Below, one piece after another: positions 55,119 to 64,000 of a stretch of DNA of 64,000 nt; position 1 is the stretch's first letter; each line of letters starts with the position of its first letter. Under the pieces are notes generated by a model that was not told the origin of the DNA, did no database searches, and saw only the letters and a program-made list of their open reading frames with translations. The stretch is from Bacteroidia bacterium (GTDB lineage Bacteria > Bacteroidota > Bacteroidia > Bacteroidales > VadinHA17). Position numbers and translations under genes: made by a program. The DNA lies in NCBI GenBank assembly GCA_026391475.1, contig JAPLED010000087.1, positions 31,744 to 95,743 of the forward strand. The letters run 5' to 3'.

Positions 55119-56365
55119 TAAACTTCAGCTTTTTTAATGACGACAGAAGCGTTATGACCCCCAAACCCAAATGTATTGCTGATGGCAACATTAACTTTTC
55201 TGTTCTGGGCTTTGTTGAGTGTAAGATTCAGTTTTTGATCAATTGCAGGATCAGGAACCTTGAAGTTGATGGTAGGAGGAATGACGTCGTGAACAACAGC
55301 CATTATGGCTGCAATTGCTTCAATAGCACCGGCTGCTCCCAAAAGGTGACCTGTCATTGATTTAGTCGAACTGATATTAAGCTTATAGGCATGTTCTCCA
55401 AAAACATTTACAATAGCTTTTGTTTCAGAGACATCACCCAGCGGAGTTGCTGTGCCATGTACATTTATGTAATCAACATCTTTGTACTTCAGGCAGGCAT
55501 CATTTACCGCAAGTTTCATTACATTCCGTGCACCAAGTCCCTCAGGATGAGGAGCCGTCAGATGATAGGCATCAGCAGTTAATCCTGTACCAACTAATTC
55601 GGCATATACTTTTGCACCTCTTGCTTTAGCGTGTTCATACTCCTCAACTACCAATGCGCCTGCACCTTCTCCCAGGACAAACCCATCACGGGTCTGATCG
55701 AAAGGTCTTGATGCAGATTGAAATTCAGCATTATTTGTAGAGAGGGCCTGTAATGCATTAAAACCACCAATTCCCGGTTCATTGATACTGGCTTCTGAAC
55801 CTCCGGTAATGAAAATATCTGCTTTTCCCCAGCGTATATAATTGATAGCATCAATAATTGCGTTGGTGGAGGAGGCACATGCTGAAACAGTAGCGAAGTT
55901 TGGCCCTCTGAAGCCGTATTTTATTGAGATTGATCCAGCAGCAATGTCTCCGATCATCTTGGGGATAAAGAATGGACTAAAGCGGGGTGTCCCATCCCCA
56001 AGGACATAACTTTTAATGGCCAGAAAAAAGGTTTCAAGTCCCCCGATACCTGAAGCCCAGATAACCCCAACCCTGTCTTTGTCAACTTTTTCCAGATTTA
56101 ACCCTGAATCAATTACTGCTTCGTCAGTGGCAATGAGTGCATACTGAGAATACAAATCCAGTTTGTTGGCCTCTTTCCTGTCAAAATACTTTGCAGAGTC
56201 GTAGTCCTTTAATTCGCAGGCAAATTTGGTTTTGAACTTTTCAGTATCAAAACGTGTAATCATTACTGATCCGCTGACACCATTTTTTAGTCCTTCCCAA
56301 TATTCGTGCAAATTATTACCTAAAGGAGTTAATGCTCCCAGACCTGTCACTACAACTCTTCTCAT
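55118..56365 (-). CDS. fabF: Beta-ketoacyl-ACP synthase II
   Basis: Active-site Cys context ATVSACASS, and the His/His contexts HGTATPLGD and KSMTGHLLGAAG. Confidence 0.96.
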   Translation of the reverse strand: MRRVVVTGLGALTPLGNNLHEYWEGLKNGVSGSVMITRFDTEKFKTKFACELKDYDSAKYFDRKEANKLDLYSQYALIATDEAVIDSGLNLEKVDKDRVGVIWASGIGGLETFFLAIKSYVLGDGTPRFSPFFIPKMIGDIAAGSISIKYGFRGPNFATVSACASSTNAIIDAINYIRWGKADIFITGGSEASINEPGIGGFNALQALSTNNAEFQSASRPFDQTRDGFVLGEGAGALVVEEYEHAKARGAKVYAELVGTGLTADAYHLTAPHPEGLGARNVMKLAVNDACLKYKDVDYINVHGTATPLGDVSETKAIVNVFGEHAYKLNISSTKSMTGHLLGAAGAIEAIAAIMAVVHDVIPPTINFKVPDPAIDQKLNLTLNKAQNRKVNVAISNTFGFGGHNASVVIKKAEV

Positions 56366-56388
56366 AAATGGGTTATTAAAAATGCAAA

Positions 56389-56625
56389 TTATTTTGCATT
56401 CTCCTCAATGTACTTGATAGCATCTCCGACTGTGCCAATGGTTTCTGCCTGATCGTCGGGAATACCGATATTGAATTCTTTCTCAAACTCCATGATTAAC
56501 TCAACAGTGTCAAGAGAGTCTGCACCTAAATCATTTGTGAAACTGGCTTCCGGAGTTACTTCTGATTCGTCTACTCCAAGTTTGTCAACTATAATCTCCT
56601 TTACTCTTGTGGCAATGTCCGACAT
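56389..56625 (-). CDS. acpP: Acyl carrier protein
   Basis: 78 aa with the phosphopantetheine attachment motif DLGADSLD. Confidence 0.97.
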   Translation of the reverse strand: MSDIATRVKEIIVDKLGVDESEVTPEASFTNDLGADSLDTVELIMEFEKEFNIGIPDDQAETIGTVGDAIKYIEENAK

Positions 56626-56807
56626 AATAATAAATTTTAATTAATATTAATTTTTGAACCATGTAAAGAAATATATTTGTACTTTATTTTTCAAGAGATT
56701 TGATGTTTTTTTATTTAGGTTACAGTTTAATGTGTTGATAATTAGAAAAATAATCTTATTTTAAGGAATTATTAATAATGGTTGATAAATATGCTAATTA
56801 TCAAAAT

Positions 56808-57410
56808 ATGAGGAATATAGCAATTTTTGCTTCTGGCTCCGGTACTAATGCAGAAAACATTATTCAATACTTTTCGAACAGAAATACAGCTAAAGTAAGT
56901 CTTGTTTTGTCAAATAAGCGTCAGGCAAAGGTTCTAAAAAGGGCTGAAGCACTTAAAATAAGAACTGTTTTTTTCGAACATAAGGAATTTTATATCACAG
57001 GAAAGGTACTTCGTTACCTTGGATTATATAAAATTGATTTTATTGTTCTGGCGGGATTTTTATGGCTCGTACCCGAGAATATAATTGAACAATACCCCGG
57101 ACGGATTATAAATATTCACCCTGCACTTTTACCTGGTTATGGTGGAAAAGGAATGTATGGAGATGCTGTCCATAAAGCAGTGATTGATAATCATGACAGG
57201 GAATCAGGAATCACTATTCATTATGTAAATAAATTGTATGATAAGGGGGATATAATATTTCAGGAACGTTGTAAAGTTGATCCTTCTGATACTCCCGACT
57301 TACTTGCTGAAAAGGTTCATGCCCTTGAATATCTGCATTATCCAAAGATTATCGAAGACCTGGTGGTAAAATTGCCTGATTTTTTAATTAAAGGTCCCGA
57401 GGAGGCTTAA
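56808..57410 (+). CDS. purN: Phosphoribosylglycinamide formyltransferase
   Basis: MRNIAIFASGSGTNAENI, NIHPALLPGYGGKGMYG, and the catalytic His/Asp context. The ORF-track start at 56778 adds 10 non-conserved residues. Confidence 0.88.
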   Translation: MRNIAIFASGSGTNAENIIQYFSNRNTAKVSLVLSNKRQAKVLKRAEALKIRTVFFEHKEFYITGKVLRYLGLYKIDFIVLAGFLWLVPENIIEQYPGRIINIHPALLPGYGGKGMYGDAVHKAVIDNHDRESGITIHYVNKLYDKGDIIFQERCKVDPSDTPDLLAEKVHALEYLHYPKIIEDLVVKLPDFLIKGPEEA

Positions 57411-58625
57411 GATAACAGTTTTGATTTTTTCAAACTTCACCCTGTTTTCCTCTGACACTGGTTCTACGGGCGGTGCATCAACTTTCAGAGGATCGACCGG
57501 TGATCCATTTTTATAGAACCTGAAATCGAGGTGCGGTCCTGTCGAGAGTCCGCTGTTTCCTACATAACCTATTATATCACTCTGTTTAACCATAACTCCC
57601 GGAGCTATCCCTTTTCTGAAACTGCTCAGGTGAAGGTATGCGGTTGAATATACACTGTTATGTCTTATCCAGACAATTCTTCCCGATCCGTTTTCAATGG
57701 AGGTGGAAATAACTCTGCCATCACCTATTGAATGAACAGGAGTTCCTAAAGGAGCAGCATAATCGACACCAAAATGTGGCCTTCGTATTCTAAGAATCGG
57801 ATGGAGCCTGCTTGATGAGAAACGTGAGCTTATTCTAGAAAACTGCAACGGTGCTTTTAAAAATGCTTTCCTAAGGCTGTTCCCATCAATGTCAAAATAT
57901 GTCTCTTTTCCATCCTGGATAAATGGTATTGCCGTTATTGATGAACCTGTCCTGTTAAACTGAGCTCCATATATTTTATCTGTGCCCAACGACTTGTCAT
58001 CGATAAAAAGTTCTTCATATATCACCTTAAAATTGTCTCCTTTCTGTAATCCGAAGAAATCGACTGTCCATGCAAAAATGTCAGATAATTCAACTACTAG
58101 GGAAGGATGCAGGCCTCCTGCAATCATAGCATCCCAGAGTGAGGTTTCGATAGTCCCCGATGCATATTTGATTTCACTTTTTATCTCCTTTCTGAATGGC
58201 GTAATATTAAGCGAATCATTAAAGCTGAATACATAACAGGTTGAAGGGTCATGTTCGTATACCAGATATCTCGCCCTGGCAATACTGTCTCTGTCGCAAA
58301 AAAGGATATAGTTATTACCTGACCGGATATTTCTTACATTAAAAACTGTTTTGGAATTTTTAATTGCCTGGTCAATCTCCTGCATACTGATACCTTGTTT
58401 GATGAGAATTTCTGACAGGAAACCATTTTGCTTAATATGACCGGGAACCAATTTGAATGAGTCGGCAGGGATTCCATACAAAAGTACAGGACTTCTAAGT
58501 TTTTGATTAACAGTCGTGTCTGATACAACTGAGATAATTTCAGGTTTATTATTCACTGAATTATTACAGGAAACAGAAAGAAATATAAAAGCAATTGTGA
58601 TTAAGGATTTTAGGTTGGTATGCAT
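57384..58625 (-). CDS. M23-family metallopeptidase (peptidoglycan DD-endopeptidase-like) lipoprotein
   Basis: Zinc motifs HFGVDYAAP and GPHLDFR, plus YLHLS. ATG at 58625 gives the signal/lipobox MHTNLKSLITIAFIFLSVSC. The upstream TTG at 58658 lies inside the heptamer repeat and is unlikely. Confidence 0.88.
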   Translation of the reverse strand: MHTNLKSLITIAFIFLSVSCNNSVNNKPEIISVVSDTTVNQKLRSPVLLYGIPADSFKLVPGHIKQNGFLSEILIKQGISMQEIDQAIKNSKTVFNVRNIRSGNNYILFCDRDSIARARYLVYEHDPSTCYVFSFNDSLNITPFRKEIKSEIKYASGTIETSLWDAMIAGGLHPSLVVELSDIFAWTVDFFGLQKGDNFKVIYEELFIDDKSLGTDKIYGAQFNRTGSSITAIPFIQDGKETYFDIDGNSLRKAFLKAPLQFSRISSRFSSSRLHPILRIRRPHFGVDYAAPLGTPVHSIGDGRVISTSIENGSGRIVWIRHNSVYSTAYLHLSSFRKGIAPGVMVKQSDIIGYVGNSGLSTGPHLDFRFYKNGSPVDPLKVDAPPVEPVSEENRVKFEKIKTVILSLLGTFN

Positions 58626-58651
58626 CAATATATCAGTATAATTTGTGTGTA

Positions 58652-58742
58652 AGACCAAAGACCAAAGACCGAAGACCGAAGACCGAAGTCAGAAGTATTG
58701 ATCCTGATTGCTTCCGGCTTCCGACTTCCGACTTCTGACTTT
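58652..58742. repeat. Heptamer-repeat inverted element, copy 1 (between the leuS stop and the M23 gene start)
   Basis: The left arm is (GACCAAA)2(GACCGAA)3 followed by GTCAGAAGT. The right arm is GCTTCCG-GCTTCCG-ACTTCCG-ACTTCTG-ACTT. A perfect 11-bp inverted pair AAGTCAGAAGT (58686-58696) / ACTTCTGACTT (58730-58740) is present. Confidence 0.8.
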
Positions 58743-61406
58743 TCAATTTTTAATCACTATGTTAACGATCCTGTTCGGAACAACTATTATATTCGAAGGA
58801 GTAGCAGTTCCAATCCATTTCTTAGCCCTCTCATCAGCCAGAACTATTTTAATGATTTCTTCTTTGGACAGGTTGACCGGAAGTTCAATTTTAAACCTCA
58901 TTTTACCGTCAAATGATACCGGATAATCAAAGATGTCTTCTTTCAGAAACTCCTCATTGAATTCAGGCCATGGCTCATATGAAAGAGTTTCATTATGACC
59001 CAGCAGATGCCATAATTCCTCAGCCATGTGTGGCGCAAAAGGAGCAAGGACCTTTGTAAATATGCAGGCGGTATCAACTGTTACTTTACCCTTTTTTGTT
59101 GCAAGGTTGAGGAATATCATCATCGCAGAAATTGCTGTATTAAACCGGAGATTTTCAATATCCCCTTCTACTTTTTTAATAACCTGGTGAAGTCCTTTTA
59201 AAACCGTTCCATCTTCCTCTCCATTAGTTATATTATCAGGATTTGACAGGAACCTGAAAGCCCTCCCAAGGAATCCGAATACTCCTTTGACGCCTTTATC
59301 GTCCCATGGTTTTGTAACATCGAGTGGCCCCATAAACATCTCATAAAGTCTTAGGGAGTCAGCCCCGTATTTTGATGTAACATCATCGGGATTAACTACA
59401 TTCTTGAGAGATTTTGACATTTTGGCGACGATTTGTTTCATTTCGTCACCTGTCTCTTTATGGAAGTATTTGCCTTCACGCTCTTCAACCAGATCACCTG
59501 AAACCCTGGACCCTGATTCAGTTTCGTAAGCAAAGGCAAGGATCATTCCCTGGTTGAATAATCTTTGATACGGTTCGTCTGTTGAGACAATTCCAAGATC
59601 AAATAATACTTTGTGCCAGAACCGGCTGTAAAGGAGGTGAAGGACAGCATGTTCAGCGCCACCAATATAAAGATCGACCGGCATCCAGTATTTCTCTTTT
59701 GCCAGGTCAAAAATCATTTTGTCATTTTTCGGATCAATAAACCGGAGGTAATACCAGCATGATCCTGCCCACTGAGGCATGGTATTGGTTTCCCTTCTGC
59801 CTTTGCGTCCGTTTTTATCAGCTATATTCAACCATTCAGTTGAGTTTGAAAGAGGTGATTCGCCCGATTCGCCTGGAAGATATTTTTCAAGTTTTGGCAG
59901 TTCGAGGGGAAGTTCATTCTCGTTCATCGCTGTAATTTCTCCATCTTCCCAATGAATTACAGGAAATGGCTCACCCCAGTATCTCTGCCTGCTGAAAAGC
60001 CAGTCGCGGAGCTTATAGTTAACTTTCGCTGTCCCCAGGTTTTTAGTTTCAAGCCACTTGGTTATATGAGCTATACCGGCATCTTTATTCATGCCGTTTA
60101 TGTCAATACCAGTCGATTTATTTGATGAGTTAATATATTTCCCATCTTCAGTCCAGCATTCCTTCCCTTCAAGGATTCTTTTCTTCTGCTCTGAATCAGA
60201 AACATCAGGATCTTGTATGCAGGCAATAGGAAGGTGGAATTTCTGAGCAAATTCGAAGTCCCTGTTGTCATGAGCAGGAACCGCCATTATTGCACCTGTG
60301 CCGTAACCTGTTAATACATAATCAGCTACCCATATCGGTATCTGTTTCTTATTTACAGGATTAATTGCATACCTGCCGGTAAAGACCCCTGTTTTTTCTT
60401 TTGCAAGATCAGTCCGGTCAAGGTCTGATTTAAGAGAAGTAGCTTTAATATAATCGTTAACGGAATTTTTATTGTCATGTGTTGTAATTGCATCGGTAAG
60501 AGGATGTTCAGGTGCAATTACCATATATGTTGCTCCAAACAGTGTGTCGGGCCTTGTTGTAAAAACGGTTAAATTTTCGTTTAATCCTTCAATTTTAAAA
60601 TCAACTTCAGCACCGGTTGAACGCCCTATCCAGTTGCGTTGCATATCCTTAATACCTTCAGGCCAGTCGAGTTTATCAATGCCTTTCAGCAGCCGTTCGG
60701 CATAAAGTGGAATGCGGAGCATCCATTGTTTGAGATTTTTCTTTTCAACCCTGTTCCCGCATTTCTCATGAGAACAATCATTCAGCACCTCTTCATTTGC
60801 ACAGACGATCCGGCAGTTTGGACACCACCATACCAGTGCATCGTCGTAGTATGCAAGTCTCCTGGAATCAATGTATTTAACTATCTCTTTCTGACCAGGC
60901 TTTGCAATGTTTTCCGGTAACTTTAATTCGGAAATTGGTCTTCCTCTCTGCAATTTATCATCGAACCATGTATTATAGAGCTGTATAAATATCCACTGGG
61001 TCCATTTAAAATAGCCGGGATCAGTTGTATTAATTTCTTTGTCCCAGTCATAACTTAGTCCGAGTTCTTTTATCTGTCTTCTGAAAGTATCACAATTGTT
61101 CTTTGTGGTAATTGAAGGATGTGTTCCGGTTTGTATGGCATACTGTTCTGCAGGAAGGCCGAATGCATCCCATCCCATTGGGTGGAGTACATTGAATCCT
61201 TTCATCCTCTTGTATCTGCTGAAGATATCAGTTGCTGTATATCCCTCAGGGTGACCCACATGCAGACCTGCCCCTGACGGGTAAGGGAACATGTCGAGAA
61301 TATAACACTTTTTCGGATTGGTTAAATCTTCCGGAGTTTTAAAGGTTTTGTTATCCTCCCAGTATTTCTGCCACCTCTTTTCAATTTCGTGGAAATTGTA
61401 ATCCAT
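58743..61406 (-). CDS. leuS: Leucine--tRNA ligase
   Basis: 887 aa with HIGH-type motif ([12 protein letters not shown]), KMSKS, and the CP1 editing domain. Confidence 0.97.
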   Translation of the reverse strand: MDYNFHEIEKRWQKYWEDNKTFKTPEDLTNPKKCYILDMFPYPSGAGLHVGHPEGYTATDIFSRYKRMKGFNVLHPMGWDAFGLPAEQYAIQTGTHPSITTKNNCDTFRRQIKELGLSYDWDKEINTTDPGYFKWTQWIFIQLYNTWFDDKLQRGRPISELKLPENIAKPGQKEIVKYIDSRRLAYYDDALVWWCPNCRIVCANEEVLNDCSHEKCGNRVEKKNLKQWMLRIPLYAERLLKGIDKLDWPEGIKDMQRNWIGRSTGAEVDFKIEGLNENLTVFTTRPDTLFGATYMVIAPEHPLTDAITTHDNKNSVNDYIKATSLKSDLDRTDLAKEKTGVFTGRYAINPVNKKQIPIWVADYVLTGYGTGAIMAVPAHDNRDFEFAQKFHLPIACIQDPDVSDSEQKKRILEGKECWTEDGKYINSSNKSTGIDINGMNKDAGIAHITKWLETKNLGTAKVNYKLRDWLFSRQRYWGEPFPVIHWEDGEITAMNENELPLELPKLEKYLPGESGESPLSNSTEWLNIADKNGRKGRRETNTMPQWAGSCWYYLRFIDPKNDKMIFDLAKEKYWMPVDLYIGGAEHAVLHLLYSRFWHKVLFDLGIVSTDEPYQRLFNQGMILAFAYETESGSRVSGDLVEEREGKYFHKETGDEMKQIVAKMSKSLKNVVNPDDVTSKYGADSLRLYEMFMGPLDVTKPWDDKGVKGVFGFLGRAFRFLSNPDNITNGEEDGTVLKGLHQVIKKVEGDIENLRFNTAISAMMIFLNLATKKGKVTVDTACIFTKVLAPFAPHMAEELWHLLGHNETLSYEPWPEFNEEFLKEDIFDYPVSFDGKMRFKIELPVNLSKEEIIKIVLADERAKKWIGTATPSNIIVVPNRIVNIVIKN

Positions 61407-61437
61407 CTTGCTCTTTTCTTGATAAGTTGTTAATAAT

Positions 61438-61520
61438 AAGTCCGAAGACCGAAGACCGAAGTCCGAAGTTTAAAGATCTCCATCGTATCTAAAATTCTTA
61501 ACTTCTGACTCCCGACTTCA
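61438..61520. repeat. Heptamer-repeat inverted element, copy 2 (in the leuS 5' leader/promoter region)
   Basis: AAGTCCGAAGACCGAAGACCGAAGTCCGAAGTT - 28 nt - AACTTCTGACTCCCGACTTCA. It shares the exact 10-mer ACTTCTGACT and the GAAGACC heptamers with copy 1, in the same orientation. Confidence 0.8.
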
Positions 61521-61675
61521 CAGCATTTAAACCTGATTAGTTAAGATAGTTTTAATGCTGAATATGAGTCTGCGAAAATAGAAAATCTTTGGCAAATATC
61601 ATTAATGAGGTGTTGCAATAGGTGTGTGGATAAGGTAAATTTACTGAATTAGTTGTATAAATGGGCTTTTGGTTA

Positions 61676-61683
61676 TATTTTTG
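61676..61683 (+). promoter_or_regulatory. Candidate -7 box (TATTTTTG) for tRNA-Arg
   Basis: Fits TAnnTTTG and ends 12 nt before the first tRNA nucleotide. Confidence 0.45.
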
Positions 61684-61695
61684 CGTTGTTATTAT

Positions 61696-61768
61696 GGTCC
61701 CGTAGTTCAATGGATAGAATGACAGATTCCGGTTCTGTTGGTTGGGCGTTCGAGTCGCCCCGGGATCA
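61696..61768 (+). tRNA. tRNA-Arg (anticodon CCG)
   Basis: Folded by hand as a cloverleaf. The acceptor stem is GGTCCCG / CGGGATC with one G-U pair. The D-loop contains AGTTCAATGGATAG. The anticodon stem-loop is ACAGA-TTCCGGT-TCTGT. The T arm is GGGCG-TTCGAGT-CGCCC. Discriminator base is A and no CCA is encoded. Confidence 0.9.
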
Positions 61769-61770
61769 CA

Positions 61771-61794
61771 AAAAGGCGCTGAAAGGCGCCTTTT
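61771..61794. terminator. Bidirectional intrinsic terminator shared by tRNA-Arg (+) and the 193-aa gene (-)
   Basis: AAAAGGCGC-tgaaag-GCGCCTTTT, a perfect palindrome with flanking A and T runs. Confidence 0.8.
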
Positions 61795-61827
61795 CAAGTT
61801 AAAAGTAAAAAAAAGCAGGAGAGACAA

Positions 61828-62409
61828 TTAATCCCTTAAGATTTCGATCATTTCAGTTATAGCTTCAGTATCGACAGGATCTCTGACCGGAGATAAGCCT
61901 AAAAGCATCCTGACCTTGTTAAGATCATCGCCGGTAATAAAATCTTTACCTATTATTATATAGTAAAGTAATGCCGATTTCAGTGTATTGGATTTGACCC
62001 TGAAAGAGTGCGGACTTGATCGGGCCGGGAAAAGATGAACGTACCTGATTTCGTTATTGTGATATTTAAGGGTCCATTGTGAACTGTCGGATAATGAGAT
62101 TATTCTGAAGTTATTCATATTTATACCTTCCCAAAGGGAGAAAGGCTCTCTCCTTAAAATATCTTTCTGTTCAAGGAATTCTTCAACTTCTTTGCAAATA
62201 TTAATAATAGATAATGATCCGGTATAAACATCCATTACAGATGTGCCCAGATGTTTCAGATCTTTAATGAGATTTTTAATATCAGCATTAGATTCATCTT
62301 CTATTTTAAGATTTATGAACTCTTTAATGAATCCAAGATGGTGCTTAAGAGGGTTGAATAAAAGGGGTTCAGGTATTTGATAACCAATATTCATTATACA
62401 AAGATACAC
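61828..62409 (-). CDS. Hypothetical protein (no recognised family)
   Basis: 193-aa ORF with normal composition, ending at the bidirectional terminator. The start is possibly at 62394 (MNIGYQ). Confidence 0.5.
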   Translation of the reverse strand: MYLCIMNIGYQIPEPLLFNPLKHHLGFIKEFINLKIEDESNADIKNLIKDLKHLGTSVMDVYTGSLSIINICKEVEEFLEQKDILRREPFSLWEGINMNNFRIISLSDSSQWTLKYHNNEIRYVHLFPARSSPHSFRVKSNTLKSALLYYIIIGKDFITGDDLNKVRMLLGLSPVRDPVDTEAITEMIEILRD

Positions 62410-62511
62410 TAAAGAAAAAATGAATATTAAAGAATGATCAGGTGTGAATGTCAGAATATTCAGAATCGATTAACTTTATGAACCGAATAAGCGACTTTTA
62501 ATTTTTAAGAT

Positions 62512-63765
62512 ATGCCAGACTCTTCAAGACGGAATTTCTTAAAGACAATAAACCATAAGCAACCGGACAGAGTAGTTGTGGATTTTGGTTCAACTGCTGT
62601 AACCGGAATTCATGTAATTATAGTTGAAAAGCTTCGTCAATACTACGGACTGGAGAAAAAACCTGTCAAAGTTATTGAACCGTACCAGATGCTCGGAGAG
62701 ATTGACAATGAGTTGATAAAAGCAATGAACATAGATGTAATTGGATTGTTTTCTGCAAAGAATATGTTCGGAGTTCCGAATGAAAACTGGAAGGTGCATA
62801 AAACGCTTTGGGGACAGGAGGTGCTTTTTCCCGGAACTTTTAATTACACTTATAACAACAATGGTGATATTCTGATGTATCCGGAAGGAGATACTTCTGT
62901 ACCTCCAAGTGGTATGATGCCAAAGTCGGGTTACTTTTTCGACGCCCTCGACAGACAGCAGCCCATTGATGAATCAAAGCTGAAAGTAGAGGACAACCTT
63001 GAGGAATTTGGTCATATCACTAAGCCGGAGCTTACTTACTGGAAAAATCAGATTAAATTACTTGAAGATAATTCAAAAGCAGTAGTTGCTTCTTTAGGAG
63101 GGACAGCCCTGGGAGATATTGCCCTTGTCCCTGCTGTCGGATTAAGGAATCCAAAAGGAATTCGTGGTGTCGAAGAATGGTATATTTCCACACTCATAAG
63201 AGAGAATTTTATTAAAGAAATATATGACAGGCAGACAGATATAGCCATTGAAAATCTTAAGTTACTACACAATGTCATAGAAAATAAAATTGATGTTGTC
63301 TTTACTTGTGGTACCGATTTCGGTACCCAGAACTCAACTTTCTGTTCACCTGAGACCTATGACCGGATATGGATGCCCTATTATAGAAAGGTAAATGACT
63401 GGATCCATCAGAATACAAACTGGAAAACATTTAAACACTCATGCGGTGCTGTTGAACCGCTTTTGTCGCATTTCATCGAATCGGGATTTGATATTATAAA
63501 TCCGGTTCAGATCAATGCTTCTGGCATGGACCCACGTAAACTAAAGAAAGAATATGGCGATAAAATTGTTTTCTGGGGTGGAGGTATTGATACTCAGGGT
63601 GTTTTTGCTTTTGGAACCCCTACCCAGGTTAAAGAACAGGTTAAGTCGCAGTGTGAAATACTTAACAATAACGGTGGCTTTGTCTTTAATACTGTTCATA
63701 ATATTCAGGCAAATGTCCCCTTTGAAAATGTCGTAGCAATGCTGGATGCTTTAAAAGAACTCTGA
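62512..63765 (+). CDS. Uroporphyrinogen decarboxylase (URO-D)/MtaA-like family protein
   Basis: 417 aa. The N-terminal FLKTINHKQPDRVVVDFG and C-terminal FWGGGIDTQ...GGFVFNTVHNIQANVP patterns resemble URO-D-fold proteins. Moderate confidence without an HMM. Confidence 0.55.
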   Translation: MPDSSRRNFLKTINHKQPDRVVVDFGSTAVTGIHVIIVEKLRQYYGLEKKPVKVIEPYQMLGEIDNELIKAMNIDVIGLFSAKNMFGVPNENWKVHKTLWGQEVLFPGTFNYTYNNNGDILMYPEGDTSVPPSGMMPKSGYFFDALDRQQPIDESKLKVEDNLEEFGHITKPELTYWKNQIKLLEDNSKAVVASLGGTALGDIALVPAVGLRNPKGIRGVEEWYISTLIRENFIKEIYDRQTDIAIENLKLLHNVIENKIDVVFTCGTDFGTQNSTFCSPETYDRIWMPYYRKVNDWIHQNTNWKTFKHSCGAVEPLLSHFIESGFDIINPVQINASGMDPRKLKKEYGDKIVFWGGGIDTQGVFAFGTPTQVKEQVKSQCEILNNNGGFVFNTVHNIQANVPFENVVAMLDALKEL

Positions 63766-64000
63766 TGAAAGACCATAAATTTAACTGGAATTATCTTTTA
63801 AGTATTTCGCTGGTATCTGCAATGGGAGGCCTTCTTTTTGGTTATGACTGGGTCGTAATAGGAGGGGCAAAGCCTTTTTATGAACCTTTCTTTGGAATTT
63901 CAAATAGCGCTGCTTTACAGGGTTGGGCAATGAGCTGTGCCTTAATAGGATGTCTTGGGGGTGCAATGTTATCTGGCTGGCTAAGTGACCGATTCGGGAG
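63765..64000 (+). CDS. Sugar-porter family MFS transporter (XylE-like), partial (N-terminus only)
   Basis: The ATG overlaps the preceding TGA (TGATG). MKDHKFNWNYLLSISLVSAMGGLLFGYDWVVIGGAKPF...GGAMLSGWLSDRFG contains the LFGYD and G-x3-D-R-x-G-R-type motifs of sugar porters. Confidence 0.8.
   Translation, partial: MKDHKFNWNYLLSISLVSAMGGLLFGYDWVVIGGAKPFYEPFFGISNSAALQGWAMSCALIGCLGGAMLSGWLSDRFG

Noticed and set aside
58698-58926. Two 72-aa + strand ORFs starting in the heptamer repeat
   Set aside because: They begin in repeat DNA and run antisense into the 3' end of leuS. Their translations are repeat-derived (SDFRLPTSDF), so they are not credible genes.
58652-61520. CRISPR-like interpretation of the short tandem repeats flanking leuS
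   Set aside because: The period is 7 nt with no spacers, the arrays are under 50 nt, and no cas genes are present. This is not a CRISPR array.
61552-61827. 91-aa minus-strand ORF
   Set aside because: It overlaps the tRNA-Arg gene and its terminator on the opposite strand, so it is spurious.

Overview
AT-rich chromosomal window, almost certainly from a member of the Bacteroidota. Supporting hallmarks are a bifunctional LpxC/FabZ fusion, a T9SS C-terminal sorting domain protein, an IPExxxVDY-type gene after rnc, a Bacteroidetes-type LptE, and TAnnTTTG -7 boxes. Most of the window is conserved housekeeping: rimP-nusA-infB, HD-lpxD-lpxC/fabZ-lpxA, sufBCDSE plus a DUF59 gene and queG, sigma54 activator-lptE-TPR-secG, groES-groEL, lepA, acpP-fabF-rnc, purN, leuS, kdsB and tRNA-Arg(CCG). 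There are also two ECF sigma modules and one two-component system. I found no transposase, integrase, CRISPR array or recognisable defence gene. The one clearly accessory region is a tightly packed seven-gene minus-strand operon (4810-20538). It encodes ABC ATPase, ABC-2 permease fused to a roughly 900-aa M1-aminopeptidase-like periplasmic region that lacks the zinc motif, TolC-like OMP, membrane-fusion lipoprotein, RND permease, a 1582-aa RND permease fused in frame to a second complete ABC ATPase domain, and a small ABC-2-type permease. The RND-ABC fusion, the duplicated ATPase and the Gly/Arg-rich low-complexity insertions in the periplasmic domains are the most unusual content. This is my best candidate for an undescribed system, but novelty cannot be established without database searches. 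Secondary observations include heptamer-repeat inverted elements on both sides of leuS and GC-rich multi-hairpin intergenic elements. There is also a leader hairpin ahead of rimP-nusA-infB, a sigma54-like -24/-12 motif ahead of groES, and a possible orphan promoter-terminator unit.
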